Of a DNA stretch of 32,762 nt, positions 8,178 to 18,218 are shown piece by piece. Below the pieces are notes generated by a model, which saw nothing but the letters and a program-made list of their open reading frames with translations, ran no database searches and had not been told where the DNA came from. The stretch comes from Brachymonas sp. (GTDB lineage Bacteria > Pseudomonadota > Gammaproteobacteria > Burkholderiales > Burkholderiaceae_C), in NCBI GenBank assembly GCA_018054915.1, contig JAGPIR010000001.1:1-32762 (forward strand). Reading direction: 5' to 3'. Numbering within the stretch: position 1 is the stretch's first letter; every line of letters begins with the position of its first letter. Both the position numbers and the translations under genes were made by a program.

Positions 8178-10549
8178 CAGAATGTTGTCCCCATTTGAAA
8201 TTGAAATTTTTGCAGCTTGTCAGTTGGTTGCTTTCTGAAAGGATGGCCGTATGACAGGCTCAAGGGCCCCATCGGAGATACCCATCGGAGTCCAAAACCC
8301 GCCGATGCCCTGATGCGGCGGTCAGCAGAGGTGGGGGTATAGCTGGATGTTGCATCGGCATACACATTGCCGGCATCCAGAAAGGCAAAAAGACGCAAGG
8401 TCTTGTCGTTATGGGCGCCCGGGAAAGGAGCAATCAACTCAAGATTGGTGTTGAACATTTTATTCCCGCCCACTGAATACACTGTATTGGTTACGGGGTC
8501 CTGTTCTTGCGGACCTATCCCGCCATATTCAAATCCGCGTATCGATCCGGTTCCGCCGACAAAGAAGTTTTTATAAAACGGAAAACAAATTCCAGGAGCC
8601 GCATCCTTATGGCAACTCAGTCCCTTGCCGTACCCCGCATCCACGTTGAACATCAGAGACAGGTTTTTGCCAAGCGGAAAAAATTGCTGAAATTTGTAGG
8701 TAGCCAGTGCATAGCGCATGTCCCCACCGGGGCTCAGAATCGCATTGACCCGATGCAGGGAACCTGAAGTCGGAACCAGCGCGCTGTCGCGGCTGTCACG
8801 GGACCAGCCGACGCTCAAAGGCAGACCGATGGCCGATTTTCCATAGTATGCGATGTAGTCTTTATAGGATGGCGGCAAGTCTGTTGTACCAGCGGCAATC
8901 CCGTAACGCTCCACCCCCACTCCGAAATTGACCGTGTCCTTTTCCGAAAATGGAACACCAAAACTGACGCCTGCCGTATCCGAGCGAACGCGATAATCAC
9001 CACCTTGCCCTTCCTTGGGTTGCAGCATCGAATGCGAAACATAAAACGTGCGCGAAATGCCCGACGTCGTGAAATACGGATCGGTCGAACTGATGGCATA
9101 AGTCCTGTCGTATTTTCCGGTATTGATATTCAGGGAAAAAGACTGGCCGGATCCAAAAATGTTGTCCTGGCTCAGGCCAAACGACAAAGTCAATTTATCT
9201 GACGACGAATAACCGGCTCCCAACTGGATGGAACCCGTCGGCCGCTCCTTGACGGTAACTACAAGATCCGCCTGGTCCGGCGATCCGGTCACCGGTTGGG
9301 TTTCGATGTTGACGTCGGTAAAATATCCCAATCTTTCCAGACGCTCCCGCGAAAGGCGGATCTTCTCGGTGTCATACCACGATGCTTCATATTGCCGCAC
9401 TTCACGGCGAATGACCTCATCGCGGGTTTTGGTATTACCGACGACATTGACCCGGCGGATATAGGCACGCTGCCCCGGCTCGGCAACCAGGACCAGTTCC
9501 ACCTGCTGATTTTTGTCCTGGTCGATCCTTGGCCTGGCTTCTATCCGGGCAAAGGCATGACCATAGCTGCTAAAATGCCGTTTCATGGCATCAATGGTTG
9601 CCTGCACATCTTCCAGCTTGTAGGGCTCTCCCGGCTGGATCCGGACCAATGACTGGAACTCTTCGTTCTTGCCCAAATAATTGCCCGCAAGGGACACTGC
9701 TGAAACCACATAGCGCGCACCTTCCGTGACATGCACGACCACGCTCATGTCTCGCTTGTCCGGAGCAATGGTCGTCTGAACAGAGTCGACCTTGAACGCC
9801 ATGTAACCACGATCGTGATAAAACCTGCGTATGGCATCCAGATCCGTGTTGAGCTTGTTCTCGGAATAGACATCGGATTTGGTGTACCACGACATCCAGT
9901 TGCCGGTATCCAATTGCATCTGGTCCTGCAGTGTTGAACTGCTGAACGCCTGATTTCCGACAAAACGGATGTCTTTGATGCGTGACCGGTACCCTTCACG
10001 CACCGTGAACAGAAGATTGACCCGGTTGCGTTCAACGGGTGTGACGGTCGGAATAATTTCGGCCCCAAAAATTCCCCTGTCCTGATACTGGCGCAACAAT
10101 TCCTGAATGGCGCGCGCTTCCGTGGCCTTGTCGTAATTGCGCCCGGGAGCGATACCCAAACGAGACAAGGCGCCCAACAGGGTAGCCTTGTCAATTTCCT
10201 TGCCCGCATTCACTTCAACGGAATGGATGGCCGGCCGCTCCTGGACAACAATCACCATGTTGTCATCGCGCACGTCGATGCGTACATCCTGAAACAACCC
10301 GAGGGCAAAAAGTGAACGGATGGCTGCGGCGCCACGCTCATCACTGTAGGTGTCGCCGATCTTGACAGGAATGGAGGCAAACACCGTTGCCGCCTCCACG
10401 CGCTGCAACCCCTCGACCTTGATGTCTTTGATGACAAAAGGGTCCGCTGCCCATGCAGTATTGGCAGCCAACGCCATGCTGACTACAGCAACCCATGGCT
10501 TGAGTGAAAATGACAAGAGGGGATGGCTCATGAAATGTTGGCTATGCAT
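8177..10549 (-). CDS. bamA: Outer membrane protein assembly factor BamA
   Basis: POTRA motifs (DIKVEGLQRV, GNTKTRDEVIRRE), IRGF loop-6 motif, WVSPMGPL, C-terminal FQFQMGTTF. Confidence 0.97.
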   Translation of the reverse strand: MHSQHFMSHPLLSFSLKPWVAVVSMALAANTAWAADPFVIKDIKVEGLQRVEAATVFASIPVKIGDTYSDERGAAAIRSLFALGLFQDVRIDVRDDNMVIVVQERPAIHSVEVNAGKEIDKATLLGALSRLGIAPGRNYDKATEARAIQELLRQYQDRGIFGAEIIPTVTPVERNRVNLLFTVREGYRSRIKDIRFVGNQAFSSSTLQDQMQLDTGNWMSWYTKSDVYSENKLNTDLDAIRRFYHDRGYMAFKVDSVQTTIAPDKRDMSVVVHVTEGARYVVSAVSLAGNYLGKNEEFQSLVRIQPGEPYKLEDVQATIDAMKRHFSSYGHAFARIEARPRIDQDKNQQVELVLVAEPGQRAYIRRVNVVGNTKTRDEVIRREVRQYEASWYDTEKIRLSRERLERLGYFTDVNIETQPVTGSPDQADLVVTVKERPTGSIQLGAGYSSSDKLTLSFGLSQDNIFGSGQSFSLNINTGKYDRTYAISSTDPYFTTSGISRTFYVSHSMLQPKEGQGGDYRVRSDTAGVSFGVPFSEKDTVNFGVGVERYGIAAGTTDLPPSYKDYIAYYGKSAIGLPLSVGWSRDSRDSALVPTSGSLHRVNAILSPGGDMRYALATYKFQQFFPLGKNLSLMFNVDAGYGKGLSCHKDAAPGICFPFYKNFFVGGTGSIRGFEYGGIGPQEQDPVTNTVYSVGGNKMFNTNLELIAPFPGAHNDKTLRLFAFLDAGNVYADATSSYTPTSADRRIRASAGFGLRWVSPMGPLSLSYGHPFRKQPTDKLQKFQFQMGTTF

Positions 10550-10570
10550 AACAGGTCAATAACTGGGGGT

Positions 10571-11947
10571 TCAACGCAGATGGCGCACAATATCATTGAA
10601 GGTGGCAAGCACCATCATGCACCCGAGCAAGATCAACCCCACTTTTTGCAGGCGTATCTGCCAAGCTTCCGACAGTGGGCGTCCTGTCGCCAGCTCCCAG
10701 AGATAATACATCAGGTGCCCACCATCCAAAACCGGAATGGGCAATAAATTCAGTACCCCGAGACTCACACTGATGAGTCCCAAAAAGGCCAGATAGGCAG
10801 TTATGCCAGCCTGTGCCGAACGCCCGGCAAAATCGGCAATGCTCAACGGGCCGCTGAGATTCTTGACGGATATTTGTCCTGTCAGCATCTTGGCAAAGCC
10901 CTTGACGCTGATCAACCCCACTTCCCATACCTGCTGAATCCCCCGGCCCAAGCCGTCCACAAAACCGTATCGAACCATTACCGTTGCGACCGGGCCTCCA
11001 AAGTGGATTCCGGCCCTGGCCACTTGCTGCTGCCCAGACTGCTCCAGAACCGGGGTGACCTGCAAATCGAGAGCCTCACCGGCCCTCTCGATCTTCCATG
11101 CCTGCGGCTTTGCGGAAAGATTGCCTTGGATCAATTGCCGCAACTGCCAGGCGTCCTCCACCGGATGGTTGTCAATGGCCAGCACACGGTCATGGTCTTT
11201 CACGCCGCCCTGTGCAGCCGCGCCTCCTGGCACCACTTGACTCACGATCGGCGGCATCCAGGGTACACCGATGCCGATGATACGGGAAAACCCTTCATTG
11301 GCTTCCTGACCAGACTTGATCTTGTGCAGGGGCACGATCACCACGCGTTCGCGGGTTGTGGCGCCTGTAGTTTCGGTCAGTGTGGAGCGCACTTCCAGCG
11401 CAATGTCGCGCCGGTCGAGCGCGGCCTGGCTCAGGCTCCACGTCAACTGCTCGAGCGACACGACAGGTTCCCATTCATCCGCCGATGCATACCGCCATTG
11501 CAAGATTTTGTCGCCGCTGCGCAGGCCTGCCTCCGCCGCCAGACTCTGTGCGGGAGGCTGCGCCACAATGGGGTGAGCCTGCTGCACGCCGTACCATGCC
11601 ATGGCGGTATACAGTCCCGCGGCCAGCAACAGGTTGGCCACAGGCCCGGCCGCCACAATCAGAAAGCGTTTCCATACGGGCTGGCTGTTGAAGGCCAGGT
11701 GTCGTTCCTCCGGAGCGACAGGACCTTCACGTTCGTCCAGCATTTTCACGTACCCGCCCAATGGCAATAGACACAAGGCGAATTCGGTTTCCTGGTTTTT
11801 TCCTTTCCAGAGCAACAGGGGCCGGCCAAAGCCAATGGCAAAGCGCAACACTTTTACGCCACACCAGCGTGCGACCTGGAAATGACCGTATTCATGAATC
11901 GCGACAAGAAGCCCGATGGCCACGATGAACGCTGCCAATGTAATCAT
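10571..11947 (-). CDS. rseP: RIP metalloprotease RseP
   Basis: HEYGH (HExxH), PLGGYVKM, AGPVAN, PDZ region and NLLPIPVLDGGH. ATG at 11947 overlaps the dxr stop. Confidence 0.96.
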   Translation of the reverse strand: MITLAAFIVAIGLLVAIHEYGHFQVARWCGVKVLRFAIGFGRPLLLWKGKNQETEFALCLLPLGGYVKMLDEREGPVAPEERHLAFNSQPVWKRFLIVAAGPVANLLLAAGLYTAMAWYGVQQAHPIVAQPPAQSLAAEAGLRSGDKILQWRYASADEWEPVVSLEQLTWSLSQAALDRRDIALEVRSTLTETTGATTRERVVIVPLHKIKSGQEANEGFSRIIGIGVPWMPPIVSQVVPGGAAAQGGVKDHDRVLAIDNHPVEDAWQLRQLIQGNLSAKPQAWKIERAGEALDLQVTPVLEQSGQQQVARAGIHFGGPVATVMVRYGFVDGLGRGIQQVWEVGLISVKGFAKMLTGQISVKNLSGPLSIADFAGRSAQAGITAYLAFLGLISVSLGVLNLLPIPVLDGGHLMYYLWELATGRPLSEAWQIRLQKVGLILLGCMMVLATFNDIVRHLR

Positions 11948-13146
11948 GCCTGCCACCTTTGCACCAGTGATCCCGCCACAGTCCGCGCCTGTGCATCAAG
12001 CGCCATCAGGCTCTCGAGCGTATCAGGTGTGCTGAAAACTGTTTGCTCAAGGGTTTGCGCATTGACGGCGAATATCTGGTCAAAACGGATGCGGCCGCCG
12101 AGAAAAGCTGCAACTGCTATCTCATTGGCTGCATTGAACACCGCCGTACTGCCAGACGGAGCCGCCAGCGTCTGCCAGACCAAGGGCAAGCAGGGAAAAC
12201 GCTCCGGATGACCATGGTGATGGACGGATTCGAAAGTCATTTGCACCAAGGAAGAAAAATCCAGTGCCGGCGCGCCGCTGTGCATGCGTTGCGGCCAGGC
12301 CAGGCCATAGGCAATGGGCACCCGCATGTCGGGCGTGCCTAGTTGCGCCACGATGGAGGTATCGCGATACTGGACCATCGAATGGACAATACTCTGCGGA
12401 TGGATCACCACGTCCATCTGTTGCGGTGCCATGCCAAAAAGGTAATGCGCTTCGATGACCTCCAGCGCCTTGTTGACCATGGTGGCCGAATCGACCGAAA
12501 TTTTCCGGCCCATGCGCCAATTGGGATGCGCGCATGCCTGCTCAGGCGTAACGTCTTTCAAGCGTGCCGGATCAGTCGTCCGGAAAGGTCCTCCAGATGC
12601 CGTCAGAATGATTTTTTCCACCTGTTGCTGCCAGGTGGCGGGATCTTGTGGCAAGGACTGAAAAATAGCGGAATGTTCGCTGTCGATGGGCAGCAAAGTG
12701 CTCCCCCCCTGCTGGACGGCCTGCAAAAAAACGGTACCGCCCACGACCAGCGCCTCCTTGTTGGCCAGCAGCAGGCGCTTGCCCGCACTTGCGGCCGCCA
12801 GACAGGGGGCCAGCCCTGCGGACCCCACGATCGCGGCCATGACCATGTCCACATCGGGATGGGCCGCCACATCGACCAGCCCTTCCTCACCAGCCAGAAC
12901 TTCGGTGCGCAGATTCAATTCCCGGCACTGCTGGCGCAGCAGATTGGCATGCGCCACAGAGGCCATGACCGCATACCGGGGTTGGTGGCGCATGCAGAGC
13001 GCCAGCATTTTGTCGACCTGCGTTGCCGCAGTGATGGCGAACAGCCCAAACTGCTCCGGATGCCGTGCCATTACGTCCAGGGTATTGGTACCGATGGAAC
13101 CGCTGGCACCCAATACGGTTACCCACTTTTTCGTGCTGTTTTCCAT
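11944..13146 (-). CDS. dxr: 1-deoxy-D-xylulose 5-phosphate reductoisomerase
   Basis: LGASGSIG, LANKE, PIDSEHSAIFQ, HPNWRMGRKISVDSATMVNK and HPQSIVHS motifs. Start at 13146 preferred. Confidence 0.97.
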   Translation of the reverse strand: MENSTKKWVTVLGASGSIGTNTLDVMARHPEQFGLFAITAATQVDKMLALCMRHQPRYAVMASVAHANLLRQQCRELNLRTEVLAGEEGLVDVAAHPDVDMVMAAIVGSAGLAPCLAAASAGKRLLLANKEALVVGGTVFLQAVQQGGSTLLPIDSEHSAIFQSLPQDPATWQQQVEKIILTASGGPFRTTDPARLKDVTPEQACAHPNWRMGRKISVDSATMVNKALEVIEAHYLFGMAPQQMDVVIHPQSIVHSMVQYRDTSIVAQLGTPDMRVPIAYGLAWPQRMHSGAPALDFSSLVQMTFESVHHHGHPERFPCLPLVWQTLAAPSGSTAVFNAANEIAVAAFLGGRIRFDQIFAVNAQTLEQTVFSTPDTLESLMALDAQARTVAGSLVQRWQA

Positions 13147-13175
13147 CGGCTGTCGATCGTCCATGCGGCCCGGCA

Positions 13176-14021
13176 TCAACGATGCATCCACAAGGTGGCG
13201 GCAAGTGCCAGCGGCAATACCGGCAAAAGGGAGTCCACGCGATCAAGAACACCGCCGTGCCCCGGCAGCAGGTTGCTGCTGTCCTTCATGTTCATGCTGC
13301 GTTTCATCAGCGATTCCACCAGATCACCCATCACACCCAAAACAGTCATGGCCACCGCCAGACCCAATAGCCCGATCCACCCTGCATGCTGGACCGTTGC
13401 ACCATATATATTCTCTACGCCTTGCCGTGCGGGAACCATGCAAAAAACCAAAAGCAATACACCAACCATTCCGCCTATTGCGCCTTCCCAGGTCTTGCCA
13501 GGGCTGATCCGCGGAGCCAACTTGTGCCGGCCAAGTGTACGCCCCACAAAATAGGCCGCCATATCAGCCATCCATACAACCGCCATCACCGACAGCAGAT
13601 ACCAGGCGCCTTGGCGTTCATACAGGTACACGGCTGCCAGCCACGCCATCCACAGGCTCACAAGCCCCATGATCAGGCGTAGAAGGCGTGGAATGCGTTG
13701 CCATGCAGGAATGCCGGCTCGCAACAGCCAGGCTGCGCCAAACAGCCAAACTCCTGTCCAGACCGTTATCAGCCAGGCCAGTGCGTTGTCAGTCCCCCGG
13801 TACATGTTTCCCAGAAAAAGGGCCATGCATCCCAGCACGGCAAGCACGGCACAACCCAGCGCCGGCAGCCCGTCAAAGCCGCTCAGGCGGCCCCATTCCC
13901 ATGCGGCTGCGCCCACTAGAAGGGTCATGAAAACGGGAAATGCCCATACAGACGGACTGGTCAACACCCCAAATAGAACAACCAGTAGAGCCAATGCCGT
14001 AATGACGCGCTGTTTCAACAT
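13176..14021 (-). CDS. cdsA: Phosphatidate cytidylyltransferase
   Basis: MLKQRVITA start, ISPGKTWEG and KDSSNLLPGHGGVLDRVDS motifs; polytopic membrane protein. Confidence 0.96.
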   Translation of the reverse strand: MLKQRVITALALLVVLFGVLTSPSVWAFPVFMTLLVGAAAWEWGRLSGFDGLPALGCAVLAVLGCMALFLGNMYRGTDNALAWLITVWTGVWLFGAAWLLRAGIPAWQRIPRLLRLIMGLVSLWMAWLAAVYLYERQGAWYLLSVMAVVWMADMAAYFVGRTLGRHKLAPRISPGKTWEGAIGGMVGVLLLVFCMVPARQGVENIYGATVQHAGWIGLLGLAVAMTVLGVMGDLVESLMKRSMNMKDSSNLLPGHGGVLDRVDSLLPVLPLALAATLWMHR

Positions 14022-14752
14022 GCCGCACCGTCTCCTTGCTGCACTTGTTCAGAGGTCTTGCCGAAACGCCGCTCACGGCGCTGATAATCGTGCAAAGCAG
14101 CATCCAGCGACTGCTCGTCAAAATCAGGCCACAGGGTATCGGTGAAATACAGTTCTGTATAGGCGCTTTGCCACAACAAGAAATTGCTGATGCGCAACTC
14201 GCCTCCGGTACGAATAAGCAGGTCAGGATCTGGAACATGGCTCAAAGCCATAGCCGCTTGCAGGTTGTCTTCCGTAATGGCCAAGCCCTGCCCTGCCACC
14301 TTGGCTGCCGCCTGGACAATATCCCAACGCCCGCCATAGTTGAAGCAGATATTGAGAATCAGGTGTTTGTTTTCACTTGTCAGCCGCTCAGTCTCCGTCA
14401 GGCTGTGTTGCAGCGATTGCGACAAACTGTTGCGCTCTCCCGCAAAATGCAATCGCACGCCTTCGGCATGCAAACGAGGGACTTCCGCCGCTATCGCCTT
14501 GACTAACAACCCCATCAGACCTGAGACTTCGTCGGCCGGACGGTTCCAATTTTCTGAAGAAAAGGCAAAAACCGTCAGCACCTTGATGCCGTGACGAACG
14601 CAGGCCCGCACACAGCGCTTGAGCGACTCTACACCCTCGCGATGACCCGCCAGCCGTGGCATGAAACGCTGCCGGGCCCAGCGACCGTTGCCATCCATGA
14701 CAATGGCTACATGTTGCGGAACGGATGCAGGACTGTCGGAATGTCTGGACAT
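14015..14752 (-). CDS. uppS: Undecaprenyl diphosphate synthase
   Basis: HVAIVMDGNGRWA, FSSENWNRP, NYGGR and IRTGGELRISNFLLWQ motifs. Start is 14752 or 14782. Confidence 0.96.
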   Translation of the reverse strand: MSRHSDSPASVPQHVAIVMDGNGRWARQRFMPRLAGHREGVESLKRCVRACVRHGIKVLTVFAFSSENWNRPADEVSGLMGLLVKAIAAEVPRLHAEGVRLHFAGERNSLSQSLQHSLTETERLTSENKHLILNICFNYGGRWDIVQAAAKVAGQGLAITEDNLQAAMALSHVPDPDLLIRTGGELRISNFLLWQSAYTELYFTDTLWPDFDEQSLDAALHDYQRRERRFGKTSEQVQQGDGAAC

Positions 14753-14778
14753 GCTATGGAGGGACACCTGCAATGGCA

Positions 14779-15339
14779 TCAAACCGCCAGGATGTCCTGT
14801 TCTTTTTCCTGAATCAACTGATCCACGACGGTAATTTCCTTGTCGGTGGTTTTCTGAACTTCCACCTCCGAACGCTTTTGTTCGTCTTCGGAAATTTCCT
14901 TGTCTTTCACCAGCTTTTTCAATGCCTCGTTGGCATCACGGCGCAGATTACGAATAGCCACTTTGGCGGCTTCGCCCTCATGGCGAACGACCTTGGTCAT
15001 TTCCTTACGGCGTTCTTCAGTCATGGCGGGCATGGGCACACGAATCAAATCGCCCATGGCTGCGGGATTGAGTCCCAGATCGCTGTCGCGGATGGCTTTT
15101 TCGATCTTCTGACCCATGCCCTTTTCCCAGGGCTGTACGCTCAAGGTACGCGCATCCAGCGACGAAACGTTGGCGACCTGGCTCAATGGCACCATTGAAC
15201 CGTAATATTCGACCTGCACGTTATCAAGCAAGGCCGGGTTGGCACGTCCGGTGCGGATTTTGGTCAAATTGGTTTTGAGCATCGTGATGGATTGTTCCAT
15301 CTTGCTCTGCATGTTCTTTCGAATGTCAGCCACTGACAT
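14779..15339 (-). CDS. frr: Ribosome recycling factor
   Basis: [15 protein letters not shown] and [10 protein letters not shown] motifs; GGAG SD before ATG at 15339. Confidence 0.97.
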   Translation of the reverse strand: MSVADIRKNMQSKMEQSITMLKTNLTKIRTGRANPALLDNVQVEYYGSMVPLSQVANVSSLDARTLSVQPWEKGMGQKIEKAIRDSDLGLNPAAMGDLIRVPMPAMTEERRKEMTKVVRHEGEAAKVAIRNLRRDANEALKKLVKDKEISEDEQKRSEVEVQKTTDKEITVVDQLIQEKEQDILAV

Positions 15340-15410
15340 GGTTTTCTCCAGAGAGGTTTGCATAAGCTAAAGACACGCCGGATCGACTTTACCGGACTGT
15401 ATGCGCATTT

Positions 15411-16133
15411 TCAAATATATACCAGCGTACCCTCATCATGCCCGGTGACGACGCGTTTGAGCGCCCCGGGCTTGATGATTGAAAACACCCGAATGGGCAG
15501 TTTCTGGTCGCGGCACAAGGCAAAAGCGGTCGCATCCATGATGCCCAAATTTCGTATCATGGCCTCATCGAACGTCAACTTGTCATAGCGCGTGGCGTTG
15601 GCATCCTTGCTCGGGTCGGCCGTATAGACGCCATCGACTTTCGTAGCTTTGAGCACCAACTCGGCCCCGATCTCCGCACCACGCAAAGCGGCTGCTGTAT
15701 CCGTTGTAAAGAACGGATTGCCGGTACCTGCGGCAAAAACCACAACTTTGCCTTCTTCCAGATACTGGAGCGCTTTGGGACGAACATAAGGCTCAACAAC
15801 CTGCTCAATCGAAATAGCCGACATCACGCGCGCAGTCAGACCCACCTTGTTCATCGTGTCAGCAAGCGCCAGTGCATTCATGACCGTTGCCAGCATGCCC
15901 ATGTAGTCGGCTGTAGCCCGATCCATCCCGAATGCCCCGCCGGCAACACCCCGGAAGATATTGCCCCCACCAATCACCACGGCCACCTGCACGCCCATAT
16001 GTACGACTTCAGCGATTTCCTCGACCATGCGCACGATGGTGTCATGATTGATGCCAAATGCATCGGGCCCCATCAGGGCCTCTCCGGACAGTTTCAGCAG
16101 AACCCTTTGTACGACCGGGTGTTCGTCAGGCAT
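15411..16133 (-). CDS. pyrH: UMP kinase
   Basis: [28 protein letters not shown] and [10 protein letters not shown] motifs. Confidence 0.97.
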   Translation of the reverse strand: MPDEHPVVQRVLLKLSGEALMGPDAFGINHDTIVRMVEEIAEVVHMGVQVAVVIGGGNIFRGVAGGAFGMDRATADYMGMLATVMNALALADTMNKVGLTARVMSAISIEQVVEPYVRPKALQYLEEGKVVVFAAGTGNPFFTTDTAAALRGAEIGAELVLKATKVDGVYTADPSKDANATRYDKLTFDEAMIRNLGIMDATAFALCRDQKLPIRVFSIIKPGALKRVVTGHDEGTLVYI

Positions 16134-16167
16134 GAATGCTCCAGGTGTGGTTTCAGTCAGTGCATGG

Positions 16168-16193
16168 CGGCATCCGCATGCAGCGGAATGCCG
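16168..16193. other. GC-rich inverted repeat between tsf and pyrH
   Basis: CGGCATCCGC-atgca-GCGGAATGCCG with a one-base bulge. No U-tract on the transcribed strand, so it may act in mRNA stability or processing rather than as a classic terminator. Confidence 0.45.
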
Positions 16194-16222
16194 GAAAATA
16201 GCAGAACCGGTTGCGAAAAATA

Positions 16223-17143
16223 TCAGCCCTGCGTAGCAGCAGCGACCTGTGCAGCCACTTCTGCTGCAAAGTCATCTGTTTTTTTCTCGATGCCCTCGCC
16301 CACGACATACAGCGTAAAGGCCTTGACGGTAGTGTTCTTTTCCTTGAGCATCTGCTCAACAGTCTGCTTGTCATTCTTCACAAAGGGCTGATTGAACAGC
16401 GACACCTCTTTGAGGAATTTCTGCACACCGCCCTCGATGCGCTTGGCCACAATTTCAGCAGTCTGCGCAGGCTTACCCGCCGCTTCGGCGGCCTTGCGGT
16501 CTTCCTCGGCCTTGCCGGCAGCAACGGCACGCTCTTTTTCGATCAATTCAACCGGGACATCTGCAACAGTCAGTGCCACCGGCTTCATGGCGGCGACATG
16601 CATGGCCACATCTTTGGCCGCAACTTCGTCGCCTTCGTATTCCACCATGACACCAATGCGGGTGCCATGCAGGTAATTCACGAGCTTGGAGCCACCAGCA
16701 AACCGCTTGAACCGGCGGAAGCTCATGTTTTCCCCAATCTTGCCGATCAGACCCTTGCGCACGTCTTCCAGCGTCGGACCAAAACTATCCTGCTCGTAAG
16801 CCAGGGTACCCAGCGCATCGATATCGGCGGGATTGTGCTTGACGATCAAATCAGCGGCGGCGCGCGTCAAGGCCAGGAAACTGTCGTTTTTGGTAACGAA
16901 ATCGGTTTCACAGTTGATCTCAACCAAAGCGCCGGAGTTGCCTTCAATGCAGCTTGCCACCACCCCTTCTGCCGTAATGCGCGCTGCGGCTTTGCTGGCC
17001 TTGCTACCCAGTTTGACACGAAGAATTTCTTCGGCTTTGGCCATGTCGCCATCGGCCTCGGTCAGTGCTTTCTTGCACTCCATCATTGGTGCATCGGTCT
17101 TGCCACGCAATTCTGCGACCATGCCTGCTGTAATTGTTGCCAT
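16223..17143 (-). CDS. tsf: Elongation factor Ts
   Basis: [17 protein letters not shown] and AMHVAAMKP motifs. Confidence 0.98.
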   Translation of the reverse strand: MATITAGMVAELRGKTDAPMMECKKALTEADGDMAKAEEILRVKLGSKASKAAARITAEGVVASCIEGNSGALVEINCETDFVTKNDSFLALTRAAADLIVKHNPADIDALGTLAYEQDSFGPTLEDVRKGLIGKIGENMSFRRFKRFAGGSKLVNYLHGTRIGVMVEYEGDEVAAKDVAMHVAAMKPVALTVADVPVELIEKERAVAAGKAEEDRKAAEAAGKPAQTAEIVAKRIEGGVQKFLKEVSLFNQPFVKNDKQTVEQMLKEKNTTVKAFTLYVVGEGIEKKTDDFAAEVAAQVAAATQG

Positions 17144-17168
17144 GTGTTTGCTCCGTTATGCTTTGATT

Positions 17169-17195
17169 AAGAAAAAGGGGCCTGACGCCCCTTCT
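17169..17195 (-). terminator. Intrinsic terminator/attenuator between rpsB and tsf
   Basis: Minus strand AAGGGGC-gtcag-GCCCCTT followed by TTTCTT. A hairpin at this position is known from the E. coli operon. Confidence 0.75.
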
Positions 17196-17227
17196 GGATG
17201 TGATTCCGTGAAATATGGAGCCGCCTG

Positions 17228-17980
17228 TTATGCGCCGGTTTCTTCCACTTCGACGAACTCGTCAGAATCCTGACCAGAAACAGCCTTGACCACCTCGTTA
17301 ACAGCATTGGCGCGGCCTTCAAGAATTGCATCAGCAATACTACGGGCATACAAGGTCACAGCCTTGGCAGAGTCGTCGTTTCCAGGAATGACGTAATCAA
17401 TGCCATCAGGATTATGGTTGGTATCAACCACGCCAACCAGGGGAATACCCAGCTTCTGCGCTTCGGCGACGGCAATCTTGTGATATCCCACGTCGATAAT
17501 GAAAATTGCGTCGGGCAAAGCCGTCATTTCCTGAATGCCACCAATGTCCTTTTCGAGCTTTTCGAGCTCACGGGTGAACATGAGCTGTTCTTTTTTGCTC
17601 ATGGACTCCAGGCCGGCTTCTTGCTGCGCCTGCATATCCTTGAGACGCTTGAGCGATGTCTTGACAGTCTTGAAGTTAGTCAGCATGCCACCCAGCCAGC
17701 GCTGGTCAACATACGGGGCACCTGCACGACGGGCTTCCGCGGCAACAATCTCACGGGCGGCGCGTTTGGTGCCCACCATGAGAATGGTGCCACGATTGGC
17801 CGAAAGCTGACGCGCATACTTCACAGCCTCCTCGAGCATGGGCAAGCTGTGCTCAAGGTTAACGATATGGATCTTGTTGCGGGCGCCAAAGATGTAGGGC
17901 GCCATTTTTGGATTCCAGAAGCGCGTTTGATGGCCAAAATGCACACCAGCTTCCAACATTTCACGCATAGTGACAGACAT
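17228..17980 (-). CDS. rpsB: 30S ribosomal protein S2
   Basis: [28 protein letters not shown] and IPGNDD motifs. GGAG SD before ATG at 17980; the track's longer start is not real. Confidence 0.98.
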   Translation of the reverse strand: MSVTMREMLEAGVHFGHQTRFWNPKMAPYIFGARNKIHIVNLEHSLPMLEEAVKYARQLSANRGTILMVGTKRAAREIVAAEARRAGAPYVDQRWLGGMLTNFKTVKTSLKRLKDMQAQQEAGLESMSKKEQLMFTRELEKLEKDIGGIQEMTALPDAIFIIDVGYHKIAVAEAQKLGIPLVGVVDTNHNPDGIDYVIPGNDDSAKAVTLYARSIADAILEGRANAVNEVVKAVSGQDSDEFVEVEETGA

Positions 17981-17989
17981 ATTTTCTCC

Positions 17990-18082
17990 AGAGGTTGGTT
18001 CTAAAATCCGCTCAGTTTGCCGGCTTGAATCTGCCAGTAAAGGCACTTCAAACCATACAACACCCGGATAAACGGATTTGCG
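17990..18082 (-). ncRNA. t44 / rpsB leader (S2 autoregulatory element)
   Basis: Located in the rpsB 5'UTR. Closing stem AAATCCG/CGGATTT (18073-18079 with 18004-18010), unpaired GGGTG (18061-18065) and inner TGAA-TGCC/GGCA-TTCA stem. Confidence 0.7.
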
Positions 18083-18218
18083 ATTGGTTTTACAGGAAAG
18101 CCGTTGCCACCTGAAAAACCTTTCAATTGTAGCATGGCACCAACCAACCAATCGATCGGAGCCTTTTTAATACCTTCGCGCCACGCATTCCCTTAATTTA
18201 ATAGACCCCAACCGGATC

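Noticed and set aside
17981-18151. N-terminal extension of rpsB in the ORF track
   Set aside because: It covers the t44 leader and promoter; the SD and conserved N-terminus mark 17980 as the start.
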